From a virus (lineage: Duplodnaviria; Caudoviricetes): a stretch of DNA of 38,729 nt. Where the stretch lies: IMG/VR virus record IMGVR_UViG_3300005837_000042, positions 1 to 38,729 of that record. One strand, 5' to 3'. A program made the translations under genes and the position numbers. Shown here in pieces: positions 17,316-26,321 of the stretch. The stretch's first letter is position 1, and the number at the start of each line of letters is the position of its first letter. The notes under the pieces were generated by a model. The model was given only the letters and a program-made list of their open reading frames with translations. It had not been told where the DNA came from and searched no databases.

Positions 17316-17335
17316 TGCTGTCTCCTATGAAACTA

Positions 17336-17366
17336 GGGCGGGGGGCTTCGGCCTCCCGTTCCTTTT
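17336..17366 (+). terminator. Strong cUUCGg hairpin with short U tract after scaffold (weak terminator or processing/stability hairpin)
   Basis: GGGCGGGGGGC-TTCG-GCCTCCCGTTC then CTTTT. Confidence 0.55.
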
Positions 17367-17535
17367 AAGCACATCTTACGGGTGTGTTTTAAAGGGACTC
17401 GTCCCTGCCATAAGGCACTTCGTAACAATCGAATAACCCTGACCCCTTGCGAGGGACAATCTGTGGTGAAAGGGCGTGAAAAAGTCCGAGTGGAAACATC
17501 TAAATATAACATCAACCAACTTGAGGAGATTAAAG

Positions 17536-18648
17536 ATGGCTATGCAAGGCGCATCTAATCCAGCCTATGACGTATCCCGTCTAGGCCAGACTAACCTCAC
17601 TGGTGATGTGCGTGATTTGTTTTTAAAGCTGTACGCTGGTGAAGTTCTCACCTCGTTTGAAGCTAAGAACATTATGATGCCACTGGTTCGCTCTCGCACA
17701 ATCACTAAGGGTAAGTCTGCATCTTTCCCGATGCTCGGTCGCACAACCGCTGAGTATCACACCCCTGGAAATGAAATCACTGGCGGCAAAATTCGTGCGT
17801 CAGAACGTATCGTTACAATTGACGATTTGCTGATTTCTAGCCAGTTTGTTGCCAACATTGATGAGGCAATTAACCACTACGATGTTCGTTCAACCTACTC
17901 TAAGGAAGCTGGTATTGCTCTGGCTACTGAGGCTGACAAGAACATCCTTCGCACCGCACTGAAAGCGGCTCTGTCAACTAACGCCACCCGTGCGGCGGCA
18001 TTGATTCAGCAGTACAAAGACTTCACTGAAGAAGACTTTACTGACAACGTGACTATCGGTTCAGCCGCTGGTGATGTTACTGACCCATCTAAGTTGGCTA
18101 AAGCTATCTTCGATGCGAAGAAAGAGTTCGATAAGAAGAACGTAAGCTACGACAGCGGTGCTGTTGTTATCCTTCCACCTGACCAATACTATGCGTTACT
18201 TGATGTAACTGATGGTAACAAGCTGGTGTACATGAACCGCGACTTCGGTGGCAATGGTTCTATTGCATCTGGTACTGTGCCGTCTATTGCTGGTATGCCG
18301 ATTATGATGTCTAACCACCTCGTAGCGTCAGACCTTCTTGAGACTGCTGGTGCTAATAAGGGTCAGTCAAAGGGCAACCGTCCTCTGGCTAACACTGCTG
18401 GTTCAGGCCGCACAACTGCATACGATATCACTAACACAACAACTGATGGTGTAAACCTCGTTGACCTTGCCGCGAAAGTTCGTGGTCTGGTTCTGTGTCA
18501 GGATGCCGTAGCTACAGTTAAGCTTATGGACTTGGGTGTAGAATCCGAATACCAAATTAACCGCCAAGGCACATTGATGGTTGCCAAGTACGCGATGGGG
18601 CATAACGTCCTTCGCCCTGCTTGCGCTATCGCTCTGTCTTCTGCGTAA
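17536..18648 (+). CDS. Major capsid protein (T7 gp10-like)
   Basis: LFLKLYAGEVLTSF, GKSASFP, IDDLL, YDVRSTYS, YAMGHNVLRP; ATG 17536 after GAGGAG. Confidence 0.97.
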   Translation: MAMQGASNPAYDVSRLGQTNLTGDVRDLFLKLYAGEVLTSFEAKNIMMPLVRSRTITKGKSASFPMLGRTTAEYHTPGNEITGGKIRASERIVTIDDLLISSQFVANIDEAINHYDVRSTYSKEAGIALATEADKNILRTALKAALSTNATRAAALIQQYKDFTEEDFTDNVTIGSAAGDVTDPSKLAKAIFDAKKEFDKKNVSYDSGAVVILPPDQYYALLDVTDGNKLVYMNRDFGGNGSIASGTVPSIAGMPIMMSNHLVASDLLETAGANKGQSKGNRPLANTAGSGRTTAYDITNTTTDGVNLVDLAAKVRGLVLCQDAVATVKLMDLGVESEYQINRQGTLMVAKYAMGHNVLRPACAIALSSA

Positions 18649-18660
18649 GTTAGTTAATCT

Positions 18661-18692
18661 AAGGGGTAGTCACAACGGCTACCCCTTTTTTT
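18661..18692 (+). terminator. T-phi-like terminator after capsid gene
   Basis: AAGGGGTAGTC-acaac-GGCTACCCCTT plus T tract. Confidence 0.9.
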
Positions 18693-18707
18693 CGTTATGA
18701 GGACGTT

Positions 18708-18887
18708 ATGAGTTACAAAGAAATGGCTAAAGGCTTTGAAAGTAAGTTCAAGCCAAAAAAGAAGAAGAAGAAAAAAGGTAAGAGCGTTGCCAGTAAGCTT
18801 AAAAAGATGGGCATGGATATCTTCAAAATCAAACCCAAGAAGCCAAAGAGTTACTTCCCTAGTATGCAACCCATGATTAAACGGTAG
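18708..18887 (+). CDS. Lys-rich 59-aa protein (not in ORF track)
   Basis: MSYKEMAKGFESKFKPKKKKKKKGK...PMIKR*, 22/59 K+R; GAGG RBS. Confidence 0.7.
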   Translation: MSYKEMAKGFESKFKPKKKKKKKGKSVASKLKKMGMDIFKIKPKKPKSYFPSMQPMIKR

Positions 18888-18897
18888 GGGGTTTTCG

Positions 18898-19269
18898 ATG
18901 AGTACTGCAACGAAACGTGACCCCAAGAAATGGGCGGCGGCTAAAGCGAGAGCCAAAGCAAAGATGGGTGGTAAGCACTCTGCCCGTGCCATGCAGTTGG
19001 CTGTTCAATATTACAAGAAAGCTGGCGGTACTTATTCTGGCCCAAAGAAGTCAACCAACAAACTTCGTAAGTGGACAAAACAGGATTGGCAATATGCGGG
19101 TAAAAAAGGTGAGTCCCGTTATCTTCCCAAGAAAGCGGTTGCATCACTCACACCGTCCGAAAGGGCGGCAACGAATAGAAAGAAGCGAGAAGACACTGCC
19201 AAGGGAAAACAATTCTCCAAGCAACCAAAATCTGTCGCTACAAAAACACGAAGATATCGGAGAGCGTGA
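18898..19269 (+). CDS. Highly basic protein (resembles DUF5872-type phage proteins)
   Basis: HSARAMQLA...YKKAGGTY...KWTKQDW...RYLPKKA. Confidence 0.75.
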   Translation: MSTATKRDPKKWAAAKARAKAKMGGKHSARAMQLAVQYYKKAGGTYSGPKKSTNKLRKWTKQDWQYAGKKGESRYLPKKAVASLTPSERAATNRKKREDTAKGKQFSKQPKSVATKTRRYRRA

Positions 19270-19745
19270 TGGCTGAACGTAGATATAGAACAACAAGCCA
19301 CAAACAAAAGAAGAAAGCGGCGGCGGCCTATTTAGGGGCTATGGCGGCAACAGGGGCAACGGTTGCTGGTGCTAATGAAGTTTCAAAGTATACAAGTAAG
19401 ACAAGTAGGCTAAAGCGAAAATCAGCAAAGCGTAAGCAACAGAAGCGTGAGGCCCAACAGCGTGATATTAAGCAGACCAGAACTGCAACTGCCAAGATGG
19501 AAAAAGAACGCTTAGAGCGAATACCTGACCGTGACTTGGATAAGAAACTGCGAAAAGAAAAGAAGTCACAGATTAAAGCCCAGAAAAAGATTATCTCTAA
19601 AAACTCAACATCCAAGGTCAGGAAGTACCTAAAGAAAGTGGTTAAGGCTGGAAAAGCCTTCAGCCCTCTTGGTGTTGTGGCAACAGTTATGTCCCCTAAA
19701 AAGATGGGTGACGGAACTTTAAGAAAAAAGAAGGAAGGTAAATAA
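19269..19745 (+). CDS. Highly basic hypothetical protein
   Basis: K/R-rich with an Ala/Gly hydrophobic stretch near the N-terminus; TGATG coupling. Confidence 0.7.
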   Translation: MAERRYRTTSHKQKKKAAAAYLGAMAATGATVAGANEVSKYTSKTSRLKRKSAKRKQQKREAQQRDIKQTRTATAKMEKERLERIPDRDLDKKLRKEKKSQIKAQKKIISKNSTSKVRKYLKKVVKAGKAFSPLGVVATVMSPKKMGDGTLRKKKEGK

Positions 19746-20044
19746 TGCCTATCGTTGTAAGAAAGAAAAAAACTCCTACGCCTAAGTCTAAAAAACAGGC
19801 TTTCAAGGAGTACAAGGAAAAAGAAGGTCATCACCACAAGGCTGACCCTAACCATCCAATGAACGCAGAAGGCCCACCAAAAGTAAAACGCGCCCCACAA
19901 CCGCCTTCAGCAGTAAGGGGAAAGCATAGAAAGCCAAACCCTGAAAAAGGCAAAAAGAAACCCGAAAAGAAAAGACCTGAAAAGGGAAAGAAGACACCTT
20001 CTACCCGTAGGTATCTTAAAAAGCGTCCTACTAAAAAATACTAA
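19745..20044 (+). CDS. Lys/Pro-rich basic protein
   Basis: AAGGAAGG RBS; PEKGKK repeats. Confidence 0.7.
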   Translation: MPIVVRKKKTPTPKSKKQAFKEYKEKEGHHHKADPNHPMNAEGPPKVKRAPQPPSAVRGKHRKPNPEKGKKKPEKKRPEKGKKTPSTRRYLKKRPTKKY

Positions 20045-20053
20045 GAGGCTACC

Positions 20054-20398
20054 ATGAAATCGCCAGCTTGGACTCGCAAGGCGGGTCAGAATAAGAAGGG
20101 CGGTCTAAATGCGAAAGGTCGTGCGTCATACAAGGCGCAGACAGGTGGCACACTAAAAGCACCCGTAAAGAAGTCAGCAGATACGCCAGAAAAGAAAAGG
20201 CGTAAAGGCTCGTTTCTTACTCGCATGGGTTCAGCTAAAGGCCCACTGCGTGATGAAAAGGGCAACAAGACTCGCCTCAAGTTATCACTAGAAGCTTGGG
20301 GTCATCACGGTGATAAAGCCTCGGCGGTAGCCAAAGGCAGACGCATATTAGCCGCATATCAAAACATGAAAATTAAGAAGAAAAAGAGGAAAGCATAA
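20054..20398 (+). CDS. Highly basic protein (resembles DUF6321-type phage proteins)
   Basis: AWTRKAG..KKGGLNAKGRASY...LKAPV...RRKGSFLTRM...LSLEAWG. Confidence 0.75.
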   Translation: MKSPAWTRKAGQNKKGGLNAKGRASYKAQTGGTLKAPVKKSADTPEKKRRKGSFLTRMGSAKGPLRDEKGNKTRLKLSLEAWGHHGDKASAVAKGRRILAAYQNMKIKKKKRKA

Positions 20399-21000
20399 TG
20401 GCACTCCTAGCAACCACAAAACTGGAAGCAGTTAACACCTTGCTTGGCGCAATCGGTGAAGCACCAGTTAACTCAGTTAACTCTGGGTTGGTGGATGCGG
20501 AAACCGCTGAGAAAATTATTGATGAGACAAGTCGAGAAGTGCAGTCCCAAGGTTGGTCTTTTAATACTGACTTTGAGAGAAGCTTCACTCCTGACGGTAC
20601 TAACCAGTTCCCTCTCCCTACGAACATACTGCGTATTGAGATGGCTGAACAACGCACAAGAACATTTGATGTTGTTGCCCGTGGTCACAAGATTTACGAC
20701 AGAGTAAATAGTACTTTCTACTTCGCTCCATCAGTGACTTCTATAAAAATGAATGTAGTTGTATACCTCGACTTTGAGGACTTACCAGAAGCCGCCCGTA
20801 GGTACATCACCATACGGTCTGCACGAATCTTCCAAGACCGTGTTGTTGGCTCTAACGAACTACACGCCTTCCAACAACGAGATGAGTTAGTCGCTCTCGT
20901 AGAACTCAAAGATGCTGACAGTAATGTCAACGATAATAACATCTTTGATAACTACGGGGTGTCATCAATTCTCGACAGATTAGGTGGGAGAGTTTTATAA
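20398..21000 (+). CDS. Tail tubular protein A (T7 gp11-like)
   Basis: LEAVNTLLGAIGEAPVNS, VQSQGWSFN, FEDLPEAARRYI. Confidence 0.95.
   Translation: MALLATTKLEAVNTLLGAIGEAPVNSVNSGLVDAETAEKIIDETSREVQSQGWSFNTDFERSFTPDGTNQFPLPTNILRIEMAEQRTRTFDVVARGHKIYDRVNSTFYFAPSVTSIKMNVVVYLDFEDLPEAARRYITIRSARIFQDRVVGSNELHAFQQRDELVALVELKDADSNVNDNNIFDNYGVSSILDRLGGRVL
20466..20483. promoter_or_regulatory. Motif A copy 6 (AGTTAACTCAGTTAACTC) inside tail tube A
   Basis: Perfect reverse-orientation copy; encodes VNSVNS. Confidence 0.7.
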
Positions 21001-23310
21001 ATGTCTCTAGTTTCCGCTTCTATACCAAACTTAATCAACGGGGTATCTCAACAACCCGCATCACTACGTTTGAAAACACAAGCAGAGTTACAGCAAAACG
21101 GGCTGTCTACTGTTGTTGAGGGATTGAAGAAGCGTCCTTGTACTGAACACATTGCTGTACTGCAAAACATACCAGCAAGTATTGATTCTGCTTTTATTCA
21201 TACAATCCGAAGAAGTGACGATGAGTTTTATACTTTAGTCATCACCGCTGGTTCGTTGAAGGTATATGATAAAACAGGAACTGAGATACAAGTAAACGCA
21301 ACCCCATCGACAGCGGTGAATTACCTGAGTGGCCTTACAGACCCCTCTACCCAAATATCAGCTACTACTATTGCTGACTACACATTCATCGTTAACAAAA
21401 CAACAACCGTCCTAAAGGACGCAAGCAACAAGTCACCAGTTAGGCCCAAAGAGGGTATGTTTTATGTGAAACAGGGTGACTACAAAACTGACTTCACAAT
21501 CAACGTCACTTATAATGGTACTACCTACAGCGCGACAAAGCAGACGCTGGATAGTGCCAATGCCGCTAACCAAGGCGATGTAAGAACAAATAAGATTGCT
21601 GAAGATTTACATACAAGTATCTCAGCATCCCTACCTGCTGGTTTTACCACTGAGTTGATGGGTAGTGTTATCTACATCAAAAGAGATGATGGCGTAGACT
21701 TTTCTATATCCGCAAACGACTCTAGAGGTGACACCTTTATGTTTGCGTTTAAGGACACCACTGATGATTTCAAGAAACTACCTGACAGGGGAAAGCTTGG
21801 ATTTCTTATTGAGATTACTGGTGACAATCAGAAAGGTCAGGATGACTACTATGTACAGATGACTGACCCGTCAGGGAGTGGCGGTAGTTATGTTTGGAAG
21901 GAAGTCACAGGGCCAGACCTTGAGAGAAACTTTGACGTAACCACAATGCCTCACCAGTTAATACGGGAGTCAAACGGTCAGTTTACTTTTAAGCCAGCAG
22001 AGTGGAAAGACCGCGCCGCTGGTGATGAGGATACCAACCCGTTCCCCTCGTTTGTTGACTACAAGATAAACGACTTGTTCTTTCATAGGAACAGGCTGGG
22101 CTTCTTGTCGGACGAGAACGTGGTCATGTCTGAGAGTGGTTCGTTCTTTAATTTCTTTCAGAACACAGTGATAACATTTGTTGACTCCGCGCCTATTGAT
22201 GTAGCCGTGTCTAACAATACAGTGTCTATTCTCAAACACGCTGTGCCGTTCTCTGAACAGCTTCTGTTGTTCTCAGACCTCACACAGTTCAAACTTACTT
22301 CTACTGACATCCTTGCTCCTGATACAGTCTCTATTGATGTGACTACACAGTTTGAGGCAAGCCTACGAGCCAAGCCTGTAGGTGCGGGAAAGTACATCTA
22401 CTTCCCTACCAAGCGTGGCTCGGTGTCTGGTATGCGTGAGTACTTTGTTGAGACAGATACAGACACAAACGATGCGGCGGATATTACCGCTCACGTTCCT
22501 TCATACATCAAGGGGGAAGTCACAAAACTCTCAGCGTCTTCTAACGAGGACTCTCTACTACTACTGACAGATGATGATAAAACCAGAATGTATGTGTACC
22601 GATACTATTGGAACAATACAGAGAAGTTACAGTCCTCGTGGTCAGAATGGATATTTAGTGGTGAGGTGCTAAACGCAGACTTCAACAAGTCTGAGATTTA
22701 CCTAATCATTAAGAGAGGTACTGAGGTATGTCTGGAAAAGATTAACCTGTCTACTGACACGGCTATCGCAGACATGGATGCCAATCACCCTGTCCTATTA
22801 GACAGGCGGGTTCGTATGGTAACAGGTGGGACTACCACCCTGCCCTATACAGAAACTGCGCCTGTATACGTCAGTCAGAAAGGCGAACAAATAACAGCCG
22901 CCCAAGCAACCACAAGGATTACAAATGGAGAAGTTGTCTATGCTGGCATCAGCTACAAATTTCTCTACGAGTTCTCTGAGCAAGTTATCAAACAAGAGAA
23001 TGCTCCTGTGACTATTGGTAGGCTACAAATCAAGAACTGGAATCTAGTGTACAACGACAGCGGCTTCTTTAAGACCTCTGTTACGCCAGCTAAACGTAGT
23101 ACCTCAACTAAGGTATTTACAGGCCGTAACCTTGGTAGTCAGAACAACGTGATAGGTACAGTGTCCATCGACAGCGGGACATTCCAATTTCCAGTACTAG
23201 CAAAATCAACAGATATAAGTGTGCAACTAGAGAGTGAGAGTTTCTTACCCTGCGTATTCCAATCAGCAGAGTGGGAAGGTTTCTACGTCCTACGTTCTCG
23301 GAGAATGTAA
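21001..23310 (+). CDS. Tail tubular protein B (T7 gp12-like)
   Basis: IPNLINGVSQQP, GLKKRP, TMPH.L, R.AGD..TNP.PSF, NRLGFLS, ITAHVPSYI. Confidence 0.95.
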   Translation: MSLVSASIPNLINGVSQQPASLRLKTQAELQQNGLSTVVEGLKKRPCTEHIAVLQNIPASIDSAFIHTIRRSDDEFYTLVITAGSLKVYDKTGTEIQVNATPSTAVNYLSGLTDPSTQISATTIADYTFIVNKTTTVLKDASNKSPVRPKEGMFYVKQGDYKTDFTINVTYNGTTYSATKQTLDSANAANQGDVRTNKIAEDLHTSISASLPAGFTTELMGSVIYIKRDDGVDFSISANDSRGDTFMFAFKDTTDDFKKLPDRGKLGFLIEITGDNQKGQDDYYVQMTDPSGSGGSYVWKEVTGPDLERNFDVTTMPHQLIRESNGQFTFKPAEWKDRAAGDEDTNPFPSFVDYKINDLFFHRNRLGFLSDENVVMSESGSFFNFFQNTVITFVDSAPIDVAVSNNTVSILKHAVPFSEQLLLFSDLTQFKLTSTDILAPDTVSIDVTTQFEASLRAKPVGAGKYIYFPTKRGSVSGMREYFVETDTDTNDAADITAHVPSYIKGEVTKLSASSNEDSLLLLTDDDKTRMYVYRYYWNNTEKLQSSWSEWIFSGEVLNADFNKSEIYLIIKRGTEVCLEKINLSTDTAIADMDANHPVLLDRRVRMVTGGTTTLPYTETAPVYVSQKGEQITAAQATTRITNGEVVYAGISYKFLYEFSEQVIKQENAPVTIGRLQIKNWNLVYNDSGFFKTSVTPAKRSTSTKVFTGRNLGSQNNVIGTVSIDSGTFQFPVLAKSTDISVQLESESFLPCVFQSAEWEGFYVLRSRRM

Positions 23311-23313
23311 TAA

Positions 23314-23778
23314 ATGGCATACCATCGTCCATCTAAGTATGGCGATTGTAAATATCTAGCACCAAATTTACGAGAAGAAGATAAAGCCGAAGTGTGGGCA
23401 TCCCACGGGTTTGACCCGCTATCCGCACTTCGGTTCTCTTTTTTAGCGTCTGAAGAGTGCAATACCATCATAGGAGACAAACAGGACATTATAGGAATGT
23501 TTGGTGTAACCAAGCATACAGAGACTATAGGTGTACCTTGGTTGTTGATGAGTGACGAAATATACAATCGTTCAGTTGCCCGTCAGTTTGTTCCAGAGAG
23601 CAAACGGTGGGTCAAAGAAATAAATAACCGATATCCAATCCTAGTCAATTTCATAGACGTTGATAACACCAGAGCCATCAAGTGGTTGAGGCTAATTGGG
23701 TTTACGTTTATCCGACTTGACCCTGAGTATGGGGTAAACCCAAAACCTTTCTACGAATTTGTAAGAATAAAGGAGTGA
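23314..23778 (+). CDS. gp13-like protein (DUF2833 / acetyltransferase-like fold)
   Basis: LREEDKAEV, GVPWLL, N..AIKWLRLIGF; position after gp12. Confidence 0.8.
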   Translation: MAYHRPSKYGDCKYLAPNLREEDKAEVWASHGFDPLSALRFSFLASEECNTIIGDKQDIIGMFGVTKHTETIGVPWLLMSDEIYNRSVARQFVPESKRWVKEINNRYPILVNFIDVDNTRAIKWLRLIGFTFIRLDPEYGVNPKPFYEFVRIKE

Positions 23779-23781
23779 CAT

Positions 23782-24402
23782 ATGTGTCCACCCGTAGTGG
23801 CTGGTGCGGCAATGTCTGGCGGCGCAATATCATCGTTAACTATCGCCAAGACAGCTTTTAGTGCGTTGAGTGCTTACGCAAGTTATAAAAGCCAGAAGGA
23901 TGCCGCTAAAGCGCAACAAGCACAGTTTAACCAAAACAAGTTATTAGCCCAACGGTCAATGTTGGAGCAAGCCCGTCAGTTGTCTGTAAGAGATGAACAG
24001 GAACGTGCGGCGGCTAGTGATAAAATTATGACAAGCAACATCGAAGCCGCGAAAGCAAAAGGCCGCATGGTCGCATCTGCTGGAGAGGCGGGTGTAGCTG
24101 GTGGGTCTATCGCCCAGATGCTTAATGATGTTGAGAGAAGCCGTTTGAACAACGAGGGTACAATCAACAGAAACCTAGAAGCTGTAAGTCAGCAGAGCAA
24201 GGTAGAACGCGAAGGTCTACTCAGTCAGGCTGAAGGACGCATCAACTCTGTTTCCCAAGGTCAGAAGCCTAGCTTACTGGCTACTGGTCTACAGATTGGC
24301 GGAACAGTCCTAGAGAATTATGGGTCGTACCGTAAAGATATGGCGGGGCTTCAGCCTCTCCACACAGGAACAAAACCTACATCTAATCCACATACAAAAT
24401 AA
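23782..24402 (+). CDS. Internal virion (ejection) protein, gp14-like
   Basis: MCPP start, ASAGEAGVAGGSI, Ala/Gln-rich. Confidence 0.8.
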   Translation: MCPPVVAGAAMSGGAISSLTIAKTAFSALSAYASYKSQKDAAKAQQAQFNQNKLLAQRSMLEQARQLSVRDEQERAAASDKIMTSNIEAAKAKGRMVASAGEAGVAGGSIAQMLNDVERSRLNNEGTINRNLEAVSQQSKVEREGLLSQAEGRINSVSQGQKPSLLATGLQIGGTVLENYGSYRKDMAGLQPLHTGTKPTSNPHTK

Positions 24403-24411
24403 GAGAAAGTA

Positions 24412-26319
24412 ATGGCAAAGAAAAGAGTTAAGGTTGATACCAGCAGACTGCGGTCTATGGCGGAAACACAGCGGGTAGTTGCCCGTCCTGTGGATTCGTA
24501 CATTCGTCCAGCTTTGGATACACGAGCGGCTAATCAATCAAAACAGTTATTCAGTGCGCTGAGTGCAATCGAACCAAAACTTGGAAGATATATTGAAGAT
24601 GCGAAGGATGAGTATAAGTCATCCGAAGAAGAAAAAGGTGAGAAGTTCTACACCAACGCATCACCAGAAGAACGCAAAGCATTTGAAGATGCTATTAAAA
24701 AAGGTGAAATCCCTGAAACCTACTCGCCCTTCTGGGCAGAGGGTTTTTCTCGCTCCTTGCTTCGTAACCACGCTAAAGAGTTTGGTGACCAGCTTTATAT
24801 GGAGTGGGACAAGCAGAAAGATATAGCTGGCTTTGACTTCCCATCATGGGCGGCTGGACAGCGCAAGAAATACTCTGAGGATAACAGTCTGGACGGCTTC
24901 CGCCCTGATATGTTCAATGAAGAGTTTGGCGGGGTAACTGAGGCATTTGAGTCTCAAGTGCGACAGCAAAACTTTCAGCATCAACTCCAACGGGCTAAAG
25001 AAGCGCGGATGGAGTCTCACAGAGGCGAACTTGAAACAGCCCACAAGGGCTTCTCAGAACAGATTGATGCTGGCACGTTTGACCCACTAAAAGGCGCAGA
25101 AGTCCTTAATCAAAAAATCCAAAAGGCTAAAGATGACGGTGTAAACATTACACAGCTTCTTGAGGATACCACACAGTACATTCAAGGTGTGGCACAAGCG
25201 GCGGCAAACAAAGGCGAAGACTTTGAGCCTTATCTGCAAGTTCTAGAGAACATTCAACTGAAGGGTTCTACTTACGGCGTAGCCAACAAGTATAAAGTAG
25301 AGACACTCAGAGAAGCTTTGGTTAACGACAGAGAAAACGCCATTAACCGTGAGCATGACCAAGCTGTTAAGGCTGATACGGCTCGTGTACGGGTAATCAC
25401 TCAGAGCATCAGAGAGCAACTTATTAAGGGAAAGTTTGCTAATGAAATCTACGACAGCGAAGAAAACAAAAAGCTACGCAATGAGTTAGCTGTTATTGAC
25501 CCTGTAGCCGCACAGAACCTCGATACGTTCTTTCAGAAAAAGGGTAGACTTACACCACAAAGTGACCCTGACTATTTTGACGAAGTTGTTGAAACCATGA
25601 CGGCTGGTACAGATGCCGAAGACCTTATTGATAAAGGTGTGGAAGATGGAAAACTCACTGGTCAGGATGCCCTTCAGTTACAAAACCTGAACAACGGTGT
25701 TCTTAACAGCTTTGTTAAAGACTTTGGTCTTGAGGATTTGAAGTCTGGTTTAATGAAAGCCGTTAAACAAAAAGACACTCTTTCCAACTTATTAAGTGAT
25801 GAAGACAATGCAGACCTTGCATCTCAGGCTAATAGCGAGATTGCACAGGCTATGTTGGAGAAGCTACGGAGAGTTGGCACAGACGGTTATACACAAGAGA
25901 AAGCCGCAAAGGAACTTTTAGAGTTACAAACCAAGCTAATAAAGAAATATAAAGCCTTGGCACAATCCAGAGTAGAGGAAGCATTTGCTACTACCTCAAT
26001 AACTGATGATGCCTATACCAAGTGGCAGAACAAAGAGTGGCCTTGGAGAGATGCTGAAGGTGGCTGGGTAAAAGACCCAGAGGAATTACACTCACTAATC
26101 AAAAATCTACAAAATGAGATTAGGCAAAACTCAGATGGCGTTGGTGCGTTCATTCAAAGCACAAACCTTGGGCAATTTATTGCTCCTTATATCGCACACC
26201 CAGACATATCCATTGAGGATGTTATTGACGCTATCGTTGATGACATTGTAGCGCACAACGCACAAGTCCCAGCAGAGGACTCTGCGGAGTCGCGGCGCGG
26301 GTCTAGAAGAGGAAGATAA
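24412..26319 (+). CDS. Internal virion protein, gp15-like
   Basis: Position, size, helical composition; ARPVDSY..P N-terminus. Confidence 0.7.
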   Translation: MAKKRVKVDTSRLRSMAETQRVVARPVDSYIRPALDTRAANQSKQLFSALSAIEPKLGRYIEDAKDEYKSSEEEKGEKFYTNASPEERKAFEDAIKKGEIPETYSPFWAEGFSRSLLRNHAKEFGDQLYMEWDKQKDIAGFDFPSWAAGQRKKYSEDNSLDGFRPDMFNEEFGGVTEAFESQVRQQNFQHQLQRAKEARMESHRGELETAHKGFSEQIDAGTFDPLKGAEVLNQKIQKAKDDGVNITQLLEDTTQYIQGVAQAAANKGEDFEPYLQVLENIQLKGSTYGVANKYKVETLREALVNDRENAINREHDQAVKADTARVRVITQSIREQLIKGKFANEIYDSEENKKLRNELAVIDPVAAQNLDTFFQKKGRLTPQSDPDYFDEVVETMTAGTDAEDLIDKGVEDGKLTGQDALQLQNLNNGVLNSFVKDFGLEDLKSGLMKAVKQKDTLSNLLSDEDNADLASQANSEIAQAMLEKLRRVGTDGYTQEKAAKELLELQTKLIKKYKALAQSRVEEAFATTSITDDAYTKWQNKEWPWRDAEGGWVKDPEELHSLIKNLQNEIRQNSDGVGAFIQSTNLGQFIAPYIAHPDISIEDVIDAIVDDIVAHNAQVPAEDSAESRRGSRRGR

Positions 26320-26321
26320 CT

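Noticed and set aside
17437-17474. Hammerhead ribozyme (CTGA...GAAA)
   Set aside because: Core reads CTGACCC rather than CUGANGA, and no stem I/III cleavage-site geometry was found
17476-17535. GTG-started extension of the capsid protein
   Set aside because: Strong GAGGAG precedes ATG 17536
18600-18660. T7 10B-type capsid frameshift extension
   Set aside because: No slippery heptamer seen near the stop, and a terminator follows immediately
18695-18712. Degenerate phage promoter GGACGTTATGA
   Set aside because: Several mismatches to the consensus; explained as RBS plus start of the 18708 ORF
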